A stretch of DNA of 39,766 nucleotides, from the NCBI GenBank assembly GCA_043824495.1, contig JBDRSV010000025.1, positions 1 to 39,766 on the forward strand, given 5' to 3'. Shown in pieces: positions 17,723 to 26,070 of this stretch. The translations under genes and the position numbers were made by a program. The DNA comes from Candidatus Aenigmatarchaeota archaeon (lineage in GTDB: Archaea; Aenigmatarchaeota; Aenigmatarchaeia; QMZP01). Below the pieces are notes generated by a model, which worked only from the letters and a program-made list of their open reading frames with translations, ran no database searches and was not told where the DNA came from. Each line of letters opens with the position of its first letter. Position 1 is the first letter of the stretch.

Positions 17723-18160
17723 ATGGATAATCCTTCCAAACCAGTGATCAAAACAGTACTGAAAAAACCAGTAGACAAAAACCAGGATAATCATCCTGCA
17801 CTCAAAAAGAAAATTAAATTACAAAATAAAGCCGCAGATTTGGTAACTAAATGGGTTGGTAGCTGGACTTTCATAATACTTCTTTTCGTCTTCATGTTTA
17901 TTTGGATCGGCATTAATGTCTATCTTGTTACTGTAAGTAAATGGGATCCATATCCATTCATTCTTCTTAATTTTGTACTCTCAACTCTAGCTGCAATACA
18001 AGCTCCTATAATTCTCATGAGCCAGAACCGAAAAGCTGAGTTAGACAGAACAACAGCTAAGTATGATTATCAAATAGATAGAAAATCTGAAAGGGAAATA
18101 CAAAAAATGACACAAGGTCTAGATGAAATCAAAAGAATGTTAAAGAGTATGAAAAAGTAA
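17723..18160 (+). CDS. DUF1003 family membrane protein
   Basis: ADLVTKWVGSWTFII...WIGIN...WDPYPFILLNFVLSTLAAIQAPIILMSQNR. Confidence 0.9.
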   Translation: MDNPSKPVIKTVLKKPVDKNQDNHPALKKKIKLQNKAADLVTKWVGSWTFIILLFVFMFIWIGINVYLVTVSKWDPYPFILLNFVLSTLAAIQAPIILMSQNRKAELDRTTAKYDYQIDRKSEREIQKMTQGLDEIKRMLKSMKK

Positions 18161-18161
18161 A

Positions 18162-19985
18162 TTATTTTTCTTCTACTTCATCTTTTATGTATAATATGTC
18201 ATCCCAAGGATGTCTATATAATGGTTGTTTCATTCTCTTCTGATCTATTATATGACCAATCAAACCAATTGTTCTCCCTAGAACAAATAATCCATTGAGT
18301 CCACCAGTTTCAAGAATTGTATTAACTTCTTTCTCTGAGAATCCACAATCTAACATAATATCTAAGAAGCAAACAGCTATACAACCATCCACATTTAAAA
18401 TTAAATTATTTCTTTTTTTTGTTGTTATCTTTTCAACTTCCAAAGCATAATCCAAATACTCTGTTTTCTTGAAGTTCTTTTTTGCGAAGTCTACAAGAAT
18501 TTCTACTCTCTTGTCTGGGTTTTGTACGCTCTTCACTCTATGTCCAATTCCAGGAATATATCTTCCTCTAATTTTCATGTCATTCACAAACTCTTCTGGT
18601 GTTTGTTTGGAATCCTTTGCGTCCTTGAAATAGCTAGCAGCATCATCTACTGCTCCACCATATCTAGGACCAATTGTGAGTAGACCTGAACATAAGGATG
18701 AAACTAAATTCTTTCCTGCTCTTGCAGCAACTATAGAGTTATGTGCTCCAGAAACTGCTGGACCATGATCAGCTGTAAGTTTTAGTAATAATTCCAAGAA
18801 TTCAGAAGCATATTTAGGCAGCTTCATTTTGAACCACATGATACCTAACAAATCACCTATGTTATAATCATCTTTTACAATCTGACTTATTGGAATTCCA
18901 CTATATTCCAATTCTTCTCCTCTTTCATCAGTGGTTGTGGAGATAAATGTAGTTGGTTTTCTTATCTTTCCTTGTCTAACAGCGTCTTTGTAATCCATTG
19001 GTATTTCAGGAACTTCTGGCTCCTCTATTTTTGGCAGATTCAGTTTTTGGAAAACTTCTGAAATTTTCTTTCCAAAATCATTGAAAGATTCTGGAACGGC
19101 TACACCAACTTCTTTCAAAGCTTGGTTCTTTGCTTCAGCTGTTTCTTTTTTACTATCAGCTTTTGCAGCTGCGTGACCGAATTGAACATCACCAGGGAAG
19201 AAACTAGAACATGTTCCTGTTACCCACATGACAACAGGCTTTGTTATTTTTTTGTTTTTAATTGCTTCTATTATTTCATACTCATCTTCTCCGCCAATTT
19301 CTCCAAGAGCTACAATCATTTTTATTTTTGGATTTGCCTCGAATCTGAGTATATGATCTAAATAATTAGTGCCTGCGAATCTATCTCCACCAATTGCAAT
19401 TCCTTCATATAAACCGTCTGTATTCTGTGATATTATATTGTATAGTTCATTAGACATTCCACCAGATTTGGAAACCATTCCAACTGATCCAGGTCTATAC
19501 AACTTACACGATATTATGTTACTAATATCTCCACCAGAGTTTCCAATTTTGAAAGCTCCGGCAACTAAACCGCCTACAGTAGCAGGACCTATGATCATTA
19601 CATCTCTTTGTTTAGCTACAGCTCCTAATTCCCTCATTCTTCTCTCAGGAACTCCCTCAGCTATAATCACAATTGTTTTGAGTGATTTTTGATCCATTGC
19701 TTCTAGAGTTACATCATAAACTGATCTGAAAGATGCAAAATTTATTAACACATCTGCATTTGGATGATTTTTACATGCTTCTTCCAAACTTCTATAAACA
19801 GGTATTAAGATTTCTTTTACGCCAAAGAATACTTTTTCAAATCCTTCTCTAACAGGACTCACCATGCATGCAACACTTGATTTATCTCTTTTACAAACAT
19901 AATCAAAATCAAGCATTCTTTGAACTGCCTGCATTTGAAGTCCATAAACAATTGCTTGAGTATTTTTGGTAAATAACTCAGACAT
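18162..19985 (-). CDS. aclA: ATP-citrate lyase alpha subunit (CoA-binding/SCS-alpha-like + citryl-CoA lyase domain)
   Basis: DVLINFASFRS, IIGPATVGG, LYRPGSVGMVSKSGGMSNEL, phospho-His motif VQFGHA, ADHGPAVSGAHN, IPGIGHRVKS, LNVDG, YRHPWDDI. Confidence 0.95.
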   Translation of the reverse strand: MSELFTKNTQAIVYGLQMQAVQRMLDFDYVCKRDKSSVACMVSPVREGFEKVFFGVKEILIPVYRSLEEACKNHPNADVLINFASFRSVYDVTLEAMDQKSLKTIVIIAEGVPERRMRELGAVAKQRDVMIIGPATVGGLVAGAFKIGNSGGDISNIISCKLYRPGSVGMVSKSGGMSNELYNIISQNTDGLYEGIAIGGDRFAGTNYLDHILRFEANPKIKMIVALGEIGGEDEYEIIEAIKNKKITKPVVMWVTGTCSSFFPGDVQFGHAAAKADSKKETAEAKNQALKEVGVAVPESFNDFGKKISEVFQKLNLPKIEEPEVPEIPMDYKDAVRQGKIRKPTTFISTTTDERGEELEYSGIPISQIVKDDYNIGDLLGIMWFKMKLPKYASEFLELLLKLTADHGPAVSGAHNSIVAARAGKNLVSSLCSGLLTIGPRYGGAVDDAASYFKDAKDSKQTPEEFVNDMKIRGRYIPGIGHRVKSVQNPDKRVEILVDFAKKNFKKTEYLDYALEVEKITTKKRNNLILNVDGCIAVCFLDIMLDCGFSEKEVNTILETGGLNGLFVLGRTIGLIGHIIDQKRMKQPLYRHPWDDILYIKDEVEEK

Positions 19986-21235
19986 CAGTTACCTCCAACA
20001 GCAAGTGAAACAATTTCAGTCATATGTGTTTCAGGTCCGTATACAGATATTGGCATATTTGTTTCCTTTCCTAGCTGTTTCATCTTTTCAAGACCTTCTT
20101 TAAAATTAGGTCCACCTCTTCTAACATAAATTTTGATTTTTTGTTCAACAATTTTATCAGAATAATCTTCTAGAGCTTTTATTATTCCTTTGAATGTTTT
20201 TGCAACATCAGTGAAGTTTGCAATTCCTCCACCTATAATTAGAACTTTATTTTGCACGTCTTGTCTTGTCATAAGATCTAGAATAGATTTTGCATATTCA
20301 TACACCTCATCATCTTTTGGGTTTCCTGAATATTCTCCATAATTTGCTAGTTCCTTTCCAAAACCAAGATCACAAACAGTATCAGCATATATCACACTAG
20401 CTCCTCCACCAGCAATCATTGTCCATATCCTACCTTTGGGATTTAGTATGGTAAGTTTCATTGAAGAACCACTCTTACTATCCAGTTCTTTTATGTAGCT
20501 TTCTTCTTTGGTTAATTCAGTTCCGAAAGCTTCCGGGAATTCAATTCCGTGCCATTTATGCGTATTCTCAAATTCAGCTGTATCATCTAATTTAGCAACT
20601 GTATCGAGAATGCCAATTTTACCTTCAGAAATTGCTAGAGGATTTATTTCCAAGTAAGCAAATCCTGTATTTTTGAAGAAAGTATAAATAGAATTTATGA
20701 AAGTTACAAGTAAATTCTTTAGTCCAATTGAATCTGGTATAATTTTTTCTACTTCTGCTAAGTCTAGACTACCCAGAACATCAACAGGAATCTGAATTAC
20801 TTTATCCCAGTTCTCTTCTACGTTAACTCCTCCTTTTTCAGAGAAGTATATCACATCTCTATTTTTTCCCATCTTAATTGCTAAATAGAATTCTTTGTCA
20901 TGTGGTATGTAAGTTTCTACAAGGAAATGTGTTAGAACGCCTTCTTTCTCTCCAATTATTGTTTTTTTGTTCATGTGTTCTTTCAAAAAAAATTTTGCTT
21001 TCTCTAAGTCAGCGTCTAGAAGTATTAGGTTATTTTTACCCCTTCTGCCGAACATGTGATCTGGTTTTATGGCTAGTTTTGTATTCTTCATCCAAGGATG
21101 ATCAATTCCAAGACTATCAATATTAGTCTCATGTGTAATCAAAGCCTGCTTCGCTTCTACCAATGCAACAGATCCATTAAGGTTCTTAGAAATCAGAATC
21201 TTTGCATCGTATTCTCGGATGCTTTTGTGAGCCAT
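19985..21235 (-). CDS. aclB: ATP-citrate lyase beta subunit (ATP-grasp + citrate-binding domain)
   Basis: MAHKSIREYDAK, KPDHMFGRRGK, YLEINPL, IWTMIAGGGASVIYAD, NYGEYSGNP, IIGGGIANFTDVAKTF, VRRGGPN. Coupled to aclA by a TGATG overlap with a GGAGGT RBS. Confidence 0.95.
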   Translation of the reverse strand: MAHKSIREYDAKILISKNLNGSVALVEAKQALITHETNIDSLGIDHPWMKNTKLAIKPDHMFGRRGKNNLILLDADLEKAKFFLKEHMNKKTIIGEKEGVLTHFLVETYIPHDKEFYLAIKMGKNRDVIYFSEKGGVNVEENWDKVIQIPVDVLGSLDLAEVEKIIPDSIGLKNLLVTFINSIYTFFKNTGFAYLEINPLAISEGKIGILDTVAKLDDTAEFENTHKWHGIEFPEAFGTELTKEESYIKELDSKSGSSMKLTILNPKGRIWTMIAGGGASVIYADTVCDLGFGKELANYGEYSGNPKDDEVYEYAKSILDLMTRQDVQNKVLIIGGGIANFTDVAKTFKGIIKALEDYSDKIVEQKIKIYVRRGGPNFKEGLEKMKQLGKETNMPISVYGPETHMTEIVSLAVGGN

Positions 21236-21266
21236 GTTTACCAGTAAATAAGAGTATATTCGTCAA

Positions 21267-21274
21267 TTTATAAA
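21267..21274 (-). promoter_or_regulatory. TATA-like box of the aclBA operon
   Basis: TTTATAAA lies 32-39 bp upstream of the aclB ATG, with an A-rich BRE-like stretch upstream on the minus strand. Confidence 0.5.
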
Positions 21275-21307
21275 TAGTTTTCCGCAATTTTAAGTCAATT
21301 GACTTAG

Positions 21308-22405
21308 TTAATCGGATTTTAGCTTTCTTATCACTCTTGACTTGAACATGCCCCAATCTGTGACAAATGCTCCAGAAGCTTGCTCGTGTCCCCCACCACC
21401 ACCAATTCCTTTGGTGCTTTCCTTTAGAACAGCCCCTGTATTCACTCTTCCTGTCTGATTCCTTGCAGAAACTTTGTATCCTTTCTCAGTTTTCCTCGCA
21501 ATAATCACTACAGTATCTTCCATCTTAACTGAGATTTTATTGGCTACTGTAGAAGTTACTCCAAATTCAGTATTTACTATATAGAATAGTAGATTAAGTT
21601 CAGGATAGAAATCAACTAATTCAGATTCTCCCTTCTTTGATTTTTTCTTCTCTTTTTTAAATGTTTTCATTACCTCGTCTATCTCTTTATTCACTTGATT
21701 ATCCCAATGTTTGAGTTCTGAAGTATCTGCAAATTCTTCGTAGTTTTTTGCTGTTTGTATAATATCCAACACCTGCTCTATTCCCACATTTGCTTTCATT
21801 GTAACAGCAGAGGCTATCATGTTTACTCCTTTTGTCATTTTTGAGTTCATTGTATCTTTGCCAATGAGTTTTGGGTATTTTTTCCTGAAAGCTGCTATAA
21901 TATCTTTTGTGTCTTCTTTTGCGAAATCTCCTATAACTCCCATAACAGCTATCCACATATATTCTTCTACATCCTTTTTCATGAGTTCAATCATTTTGTA
22001 AACCAAGTAACTTGCAGGTAGATAGTAATTATCTTCTAATCTAGGATTCACATGAACTATGTTCTTAGAATTCAGATCCTTTCCAGGAATGTGATGATCT
22101 ATGATAACGAGCTTTGTTTTGGTTAACTTCTTCATGACCAGCTGTAGTTTATCCCAGCTTTGATCTACAGGCATATCTACAAAAACAAGAACATCTGGTT
22201 TTTCTTCAATTAAATAATTTACAAAACTTGATTCTATTTCAGGTCCTCTTCTAGGTTTGTGGTCAAATCCAGAGAAGTGTTTGAGTAAAAGCGCAGCTGA
22301 ACAAACACCATCAGCATCAGAATGGTAGAAGAGCATCTTCTTACCTTTAGTATTTAGAAACTCTTCTGTTTTTTTCAAATCCTTAAAATATCCTGATACA
22401 TCCAT
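21308..22405 (-). CDS. DHH/DHHA1 family phosphoesterase (RecJ/NrnA-like)
   Basis: YHSDADG, VFVD, IIDHH, VSAR, GGGGHEQASG. Confidence 0.92.
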   Translation of the reverse strand: MDVSGYFKDLKKTEEFLNTKGKKMLFYHSDADGVCSAALLLKHFSGFDHKPRRGPEIESSFVNYLIEEKPDVLVFVDMPVDQSWDKLQLVMKKLTKTKLVIIDHHIPGKDLNSKNIVHVNPRLEDNYYLPASYLVYKMIELMKKDVEEYMWIAVMGVIGDFAKEDTKDIIAAFRKKYPKLIGKDTMNSKMTKGVNMIASAVTMKANVGIEQVLDIIQTAKNYEEFADTSELKHWDNQVNKEIDEVMKTFKKEKKKSKKGESELVDFYPELNLLFYIVNTEFGVTSTVANKISVKMEDTVVIIARKTEKGYKVSARNQTGRVNTGAVLKESTKGIGGGGGHEQASGAFVTDWGMFKSRVIRKLKSD

Positions 22406-22435
22406 CTAAAATACTTGTATATCTGATATAAAAAA

Positions 22436-23416
22436 TCAGATTAGGTTCTCTCTATTCTGCGGGAAGGCTGTTGAGTGTCTAATATCCTTTGTTTCCAGTA
22501 TGAATTGTGTTATTCGATTTAATCCGAATCCGCATCCTGAGTGAGGTATGCTTCCCTTTTTTAGTATCTCTAGATACCAGCCGAAGTCTTCTAAACTTCC
22601 ACCTTTCTTTTCTAGCTGCTTGAACATGTATGAACTTGTCAGTCTATCTATCAATTCATCGTGTTCATGTTCTCTTTCTGCAGATCCCACTGATTCTCCT
22701 GAGTGTGGCAATAGTAGATCTGTAGAATTTACAACTTTTGGATCGTCTTTATTTGTCTTCATATTGAAGAATTTGATCTCTTTTGGATAATGAGTGACAA
22801 ATAAAGGTCTATCTCCAAAGTGTTTTACTAGCTGGGCTTCATGACTACTTTTCAGATCATCTCCCCATTCTAAACTGAGGATGTCTATGGCGTCTTTGTA
22901 TGTAATTTTCTTGAATGGTATTGTGATCTTTTTTAGTTTTTCTTGATCTACCCCAAGAATTTCTAATTCTTTCTTTTTGTTTTTTAGTACAAATTGTATC
23001 ATTGAAAATATTGTTCCTTCTATGTGTCCCATGAGCTCTTTTAGGTCTCCTGGGTGTTCTATTTCAAGTAAAGTGAATTCTGTTAAATGTCTTTCATCAA
23101 CAGTGGGTTCTGCTCTAAAACTAGATCCTACACAGAAAACTCTTCCTAATCTCGGTACAAATGATTCTAAGTATAGTTGCCCGGTTTGTCTTAGATACGC
23201 TTGTCTGCCAAAGAAATCTAAGCTGAATAATGTGTCCATATTTTCACATGAGCCTGTTGCTCTTGTTATATGCGGTACAACCATTTCTGTAAATCCGTTT
23301 GTATCAAAGTAAGCTCTTGCTCCTTTTAGAAGCTCTGCTTCTATCTTAATCACTGAATTTAATTTCTCATCCTCCATCTGTTCGAATCTAGCTTCTGCTA
23401 TCTGAGTTGATGTCAT
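22436..23416 (-). CDS. Asparagine synthetase A, archaeal type (AsnRS paralog lacking the anticodon-binding domain)
   Basis: Class IIb catalytic core only (326 aa): YLRQTGQLYLE, FRAEPTVDERHLTEFTLLE, GESVGSAERE, PHSGCGFGLNR. No N-terminal OB fold. Confidence 0.8.
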   Translation of the reverse strand: MTSTQIAEARFEQMEDEKLNSVIKIEAELLKGARAYFDTNGFTEMVVPHITRATGSCENMDTLFSLDFFGRQAYLRQTGQLYLESFVPRLGRVFCVGSSFRAEPTVDERHLTEFTLLEIEHPGDLKELMGHIEGTIFSMIQFVLKNKKKELEILGVDQEKLKKITIPFKKITYKDAIDILSLEWGDDLKSSHEAQLVKHFGDRPLFVTHYPKEIKFFNMKTNKDDPKVVNSTDLLLPHSGESVGSAEREHEHDELIDRLTSSYMFKQLEKKGGSLEDFGWYLEILKKGSIPHSGCGFGLNRITQFILETKDIRHSTAFPQNRENLI

Positions 23417-23432
23417 ACTAATTACCCCCTAG

Positions 23433-23633
23433 TTAAAATGTATATTTTGCATGCTGACCACAAAGTGGAGCATGTCTTGGTAGAGTTTGAACCTCTCCTC
23501 CTGGCATTTGATAATGATTCGGTCCGAACTCGTTGTCTACAGGATTTGCATAATGAGGACTTTTGGATCCTACAGCCACGCATACAACACACTTATCGTC
23601 TTTTGGTCCACCGGGATTTACTTTTCCTACCAC
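23433..23633 (-). CDS. Small putative zinc-finger protein (CxxC...CxxH)
   Basis: GTG start preceded by AGGTGA at RBS spacing; contains CVVC and LCGQH. It fills the gap between the AsnRS paralog and the divergent regulator. Confidence 0.6.
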   Translation of the reverse strand: MVGKVNPGGPKDDKCVVCVAVGSKSPHYANPVDNEFGPNHYQMPGGEVQTLPRHAPLCGQHAKYTF

Positions 23634-23667
23634 TTTTTCACCTAGTTTACTGTATTGTTGTATTTGA

Positions 23668-23693
23668 TATACTTTTTAGTGACAAAAAGTATA
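23668..23693. promoter_or_regulatory. Perfect 10-bp inverted repeat, putative operator in a divergent promoter
   Basis: TATACTTTTT-AGTGAC-AAAAAGTATA, plus a related 12-bp palindrome CTTTTTAAAAAG at 23706-23717. Confidence 0.55.
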
Positions 23694-23747
23694 CACAGTG
23701 TTGTACTTTTTAAAAAGCTTAAAAAGCTACGTTTCTAAGTCTAAAAC

Positions 23748-24599
23748 ATGAGTCTTGACAGTAAGACCATAAAGCAAATAAATGATTATGTATATCTGAA
23801 ACCCAGAACTGTGCAAGAAGTAGCTCAACTAATTTCTAAGAACTGGAGAACAGCTGATAGATACCTAGATCAGATCTCTAAAGAAACTGGAAGTATTTCC
23901 ACGCGGGTATTTCGTGGCGGAACTAAAGGTGCTTTGAAAATTGTATTCTGGAGCAACATAGAAAAAATACATTCAAGTGAATTCCAAGAAAGACTGCTTA
24001 AGAAACTAGAATCTACTCCTAGAAAAGAATTCTTCTCACCATTTGATATATACCAATATGTAGAACCAAATAATAGAAACGCTGTGATGAAAAAAATAAA
24101 ATCATCTAAAGATGATCATGTTAAAGATTATTTGAAAAGTTCTCAAAAACAAATTCTAAGTTTTTCTGGAAATCTATCCTGGATAAATGGAACTGAAGGA
24201 AAAGAAAAGCTAAGCAAGATTATAGAAGATCTCATTAAGAATAATGTTTCAATTAAGATTCTTACTAGAGTTACAGTGGATGGCCTGAAGAATGTTAAAA
24301 GAGTTTTAGAAATAAATGATGTGGTTGGTAAACCTCTAATAGAATTGAGACACAGAGAACAACCACTAAGAGGCTTTGTAATAGATGATCAGATTGCAAG
24401 ATTCAGAGAAGTGAGAGATCCTCTAGATTACAAAGGTGGACAAATGCCTGAGAAGTTTCTACTCTTCTACGAAATTTATGATAAAGAATGGATAAGTTGG
24501 TTCCAGAAAGTTTTCTGGTACTTATTCAGAACAGCAACACCAGCAGAAAAAAGAATGAAAGATCTGGAAAGCATTCAAAACTTGTATAAATTTAGTTAA
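23748..24599 (+). CDS. HTH transcriptional regulator with a TrmB/PLD-like C-terminal domain
   Basis: PRTVQEVAQLISKNWRTADRYLDQI (HTH); C-terminal SSQKQILSFSG..LIKNNVSIKILT..RGFVIDD. Confidence 0.7.
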   Translation: MSLDSKTIKQINDYVYLKPRTVQEVAQLISKNWRTADRYLDQISKETGSISTRVFRGGTKGALKIVFWSNIEKIHSSEFQERLLKKLESTPRKEFFSPFDIYQYVEPNNRNAVMKKIKSSKDDHVKDYLKSSQKQILSFSGNLSWINGTEGKEKLSKIIEDLIKNNVSIKILTRVTVDGLKNVKRVLEINDVVGKPLIELRHREQPLRGFVIDDQIARFREVRDPLDYKGGQMPEKFLLFYEIYDKEWISWFQKVFWYLFRTATPAEKRMKDLESIQNLYKFS

Positions 24600-25258
24600 C
24601 TCCAAGGTGTCCAAATTCTATCAATTTCATCCAAACCATTCAGCATATTTGCGAATTCTGGGTGTTTGTCAACAAATTCTCTTAGCGATTCCAATGTATT
24701 AAATGCATACTCATGTGCAATAGCAAAAAATCGAATATTTGTTTCTCCTCTTGTTCTCACATTTAGAACATCCACTCCGTCCCAAACCACGTCACCAACA
24801 TAATCTAGAGATTTACAATTCTTTGCTATTTCATGTAGTTCATTTGTTTTACCTTCAAATGGACTTCTTATATTTGGAATTAGGTGAACCAATCCATCTC
24901 TTTCAAGTCTAGCTTTCACAAGAGCACCAGGTGCATTTGTAATAAAAAATATATTTTTTGAACCAACAGCTTCTTCTGATTTTTCTAGTGCTCTTCTAGC
25001 ACCTTTAATCAGATGTGGTTGTTCTGTAGAATCAAATCTAGCAACATATGCTGCTATCATACCATCAACATCTTTTTCTTTAGCGCCTAAGTCGCGATAA
25101 AACTGTTTCCAGTTATGTGGCTGGAAAAATTTTCTATATGCTTCCTTTGTCGGTGGTGTGTATCCAAAATCACTAAAAACACTCTTTATTACAGTCACCA
25201 TCACATCTAAAGAATCATACAAAGTACCATCCAAATCATAAGCAATTATTCTGTCCAT
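24596..25258 (-). CDS. HAD-superfamily hydrolase
   Basis: ORF 24596..25294; likely start MDRII at 25258, supported by a TATA-like box at 25280-25287. Motif I IAYDLDGTLYDS, motif II FFITN, motif IV YVGDVVWD. Confidence 0.88.
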   Translation of the reverse strand: MDRIIAYDLDGTLYDSLDVMVTVIKSVFSDFGYTPPTKEAYRKFFQPHNWKQFYRDLGAKEKDVDGMIAAYVARFDSTEQPHLIKGARRALEKSEEAVGSKNIFFITNAPGALVKARLERDGLVHLIPNIRSPFEGKTNELHEIAKNCKSLDYVGDVVWDGVDVLNVRTRGETNIRFFAIAHEYAFNTLESLREFVDKHPEFANMLNGLDEIDRIWTPWS

Positions 25259-25294
25259 GTTATTAGAAATATAATAAAATTTATAAGCGTTCAC

Positions 25295-25966
25295 TTAAAA
25301 CAACTTGAATCCAGCTGGTCTTATTCCTTCTTCAACTAAATCAAACTTGACACTTTTACCTTCTGGCATATGTCTATGTTTTGTTATTATAGCTTTTCTT
25401 TCAGAAGTCTTACCTGTTCTCTCTATATAGATAATTGATTTTGACCAATACTTGATTACATTTCCACCAACAACTTCATTCTCTCCTGTATCCCAATTTT
25501 CGAAAGTATGAGCTGTGATTATAACGGGAATGTTTCTATCCTTCGCTATTTTGGATAAGACTGAAAGTTGCTTGGACAATTCTCTATTAGCTTCAATTGC
25601 TTCGACTTTAGGATCTGTATATTCTAATCTATATAGTGAGACCATTGAATCAACTACTATCAAATCAGCTGCTTTATCTACCAATCCTCTTATCATCTGA
25701 CCTTGTTCTTGGAATGTAGAAGGTTCTAGTATTTCCACATTATCTGGAACTCCAGGGGGATGAATTTGTTGAACTCTCTTATAAGATAACCCATTCTCTG
25801 TATCTATATATATAACACGTCCACCACTCTTGGCACAGGCAATCATTGCTAGTATACTAGCACAAGTCTTACCGGTTCCAGGAGCACCATAAAAATTAGT
25901 AATGGTCTTAGGCTCTAGTTCCATAACTAGACTATGAAGAGGCTCTGGTAATCTTATATCAGACAT
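25295..25966 (-). CDS. radB: DNA repair and recombination protein RadB
   Basis: ITNFYGAPGTGKT, VIYIDTE, LIVVDSMVSLYR, VIITAH, GGNVIKYWSK, ITKHRHMPEG. Confidence 0.92.
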   Translation of the reverse strand: MSDIRLPEPLHSLVMELEPKTITNFYGAPGTGKTCASILAMIACAKSGGRVIYIDTENGLSYKRVQQIHPPGVPDNVEILEPSTFQEQGQMIRGLVDKAADLIVVDSMVSLYRLEYTDPKVEAIEANRELSKQLSVLSKIAKDRNIPVIITAHTFENWDTGENEVVGGNVIKYWSKSIIYIERTGKTSERKAIITKHRHMPEGKSVKFDLVEEGIRPAGFKLF

Positions 25967-26070
25967 GATTATGATTTGGAAGAATGAAATTTAAAGGGAT
26001 CTGGGCTCGTTTAAGATTTAAATATGATTCTAGCCAATTATATAGCAATAATATACAAAGGTTGAAATTG

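Noticed and set aside
23438-23713. 91-aa plus-strand ORF opposite the small Zn-finger gene
   Set aside because: It has no RBS and runs through the palindromic promoter region. The minus-strand ORF has an AGGTGA RBS and metal-ligand motifs.
25984-26070. 29-aa N-terminal extension of the CARDB protein
   Set aside because: It overlaps the radB promoter region; the signal peptide begins at Met 26071.
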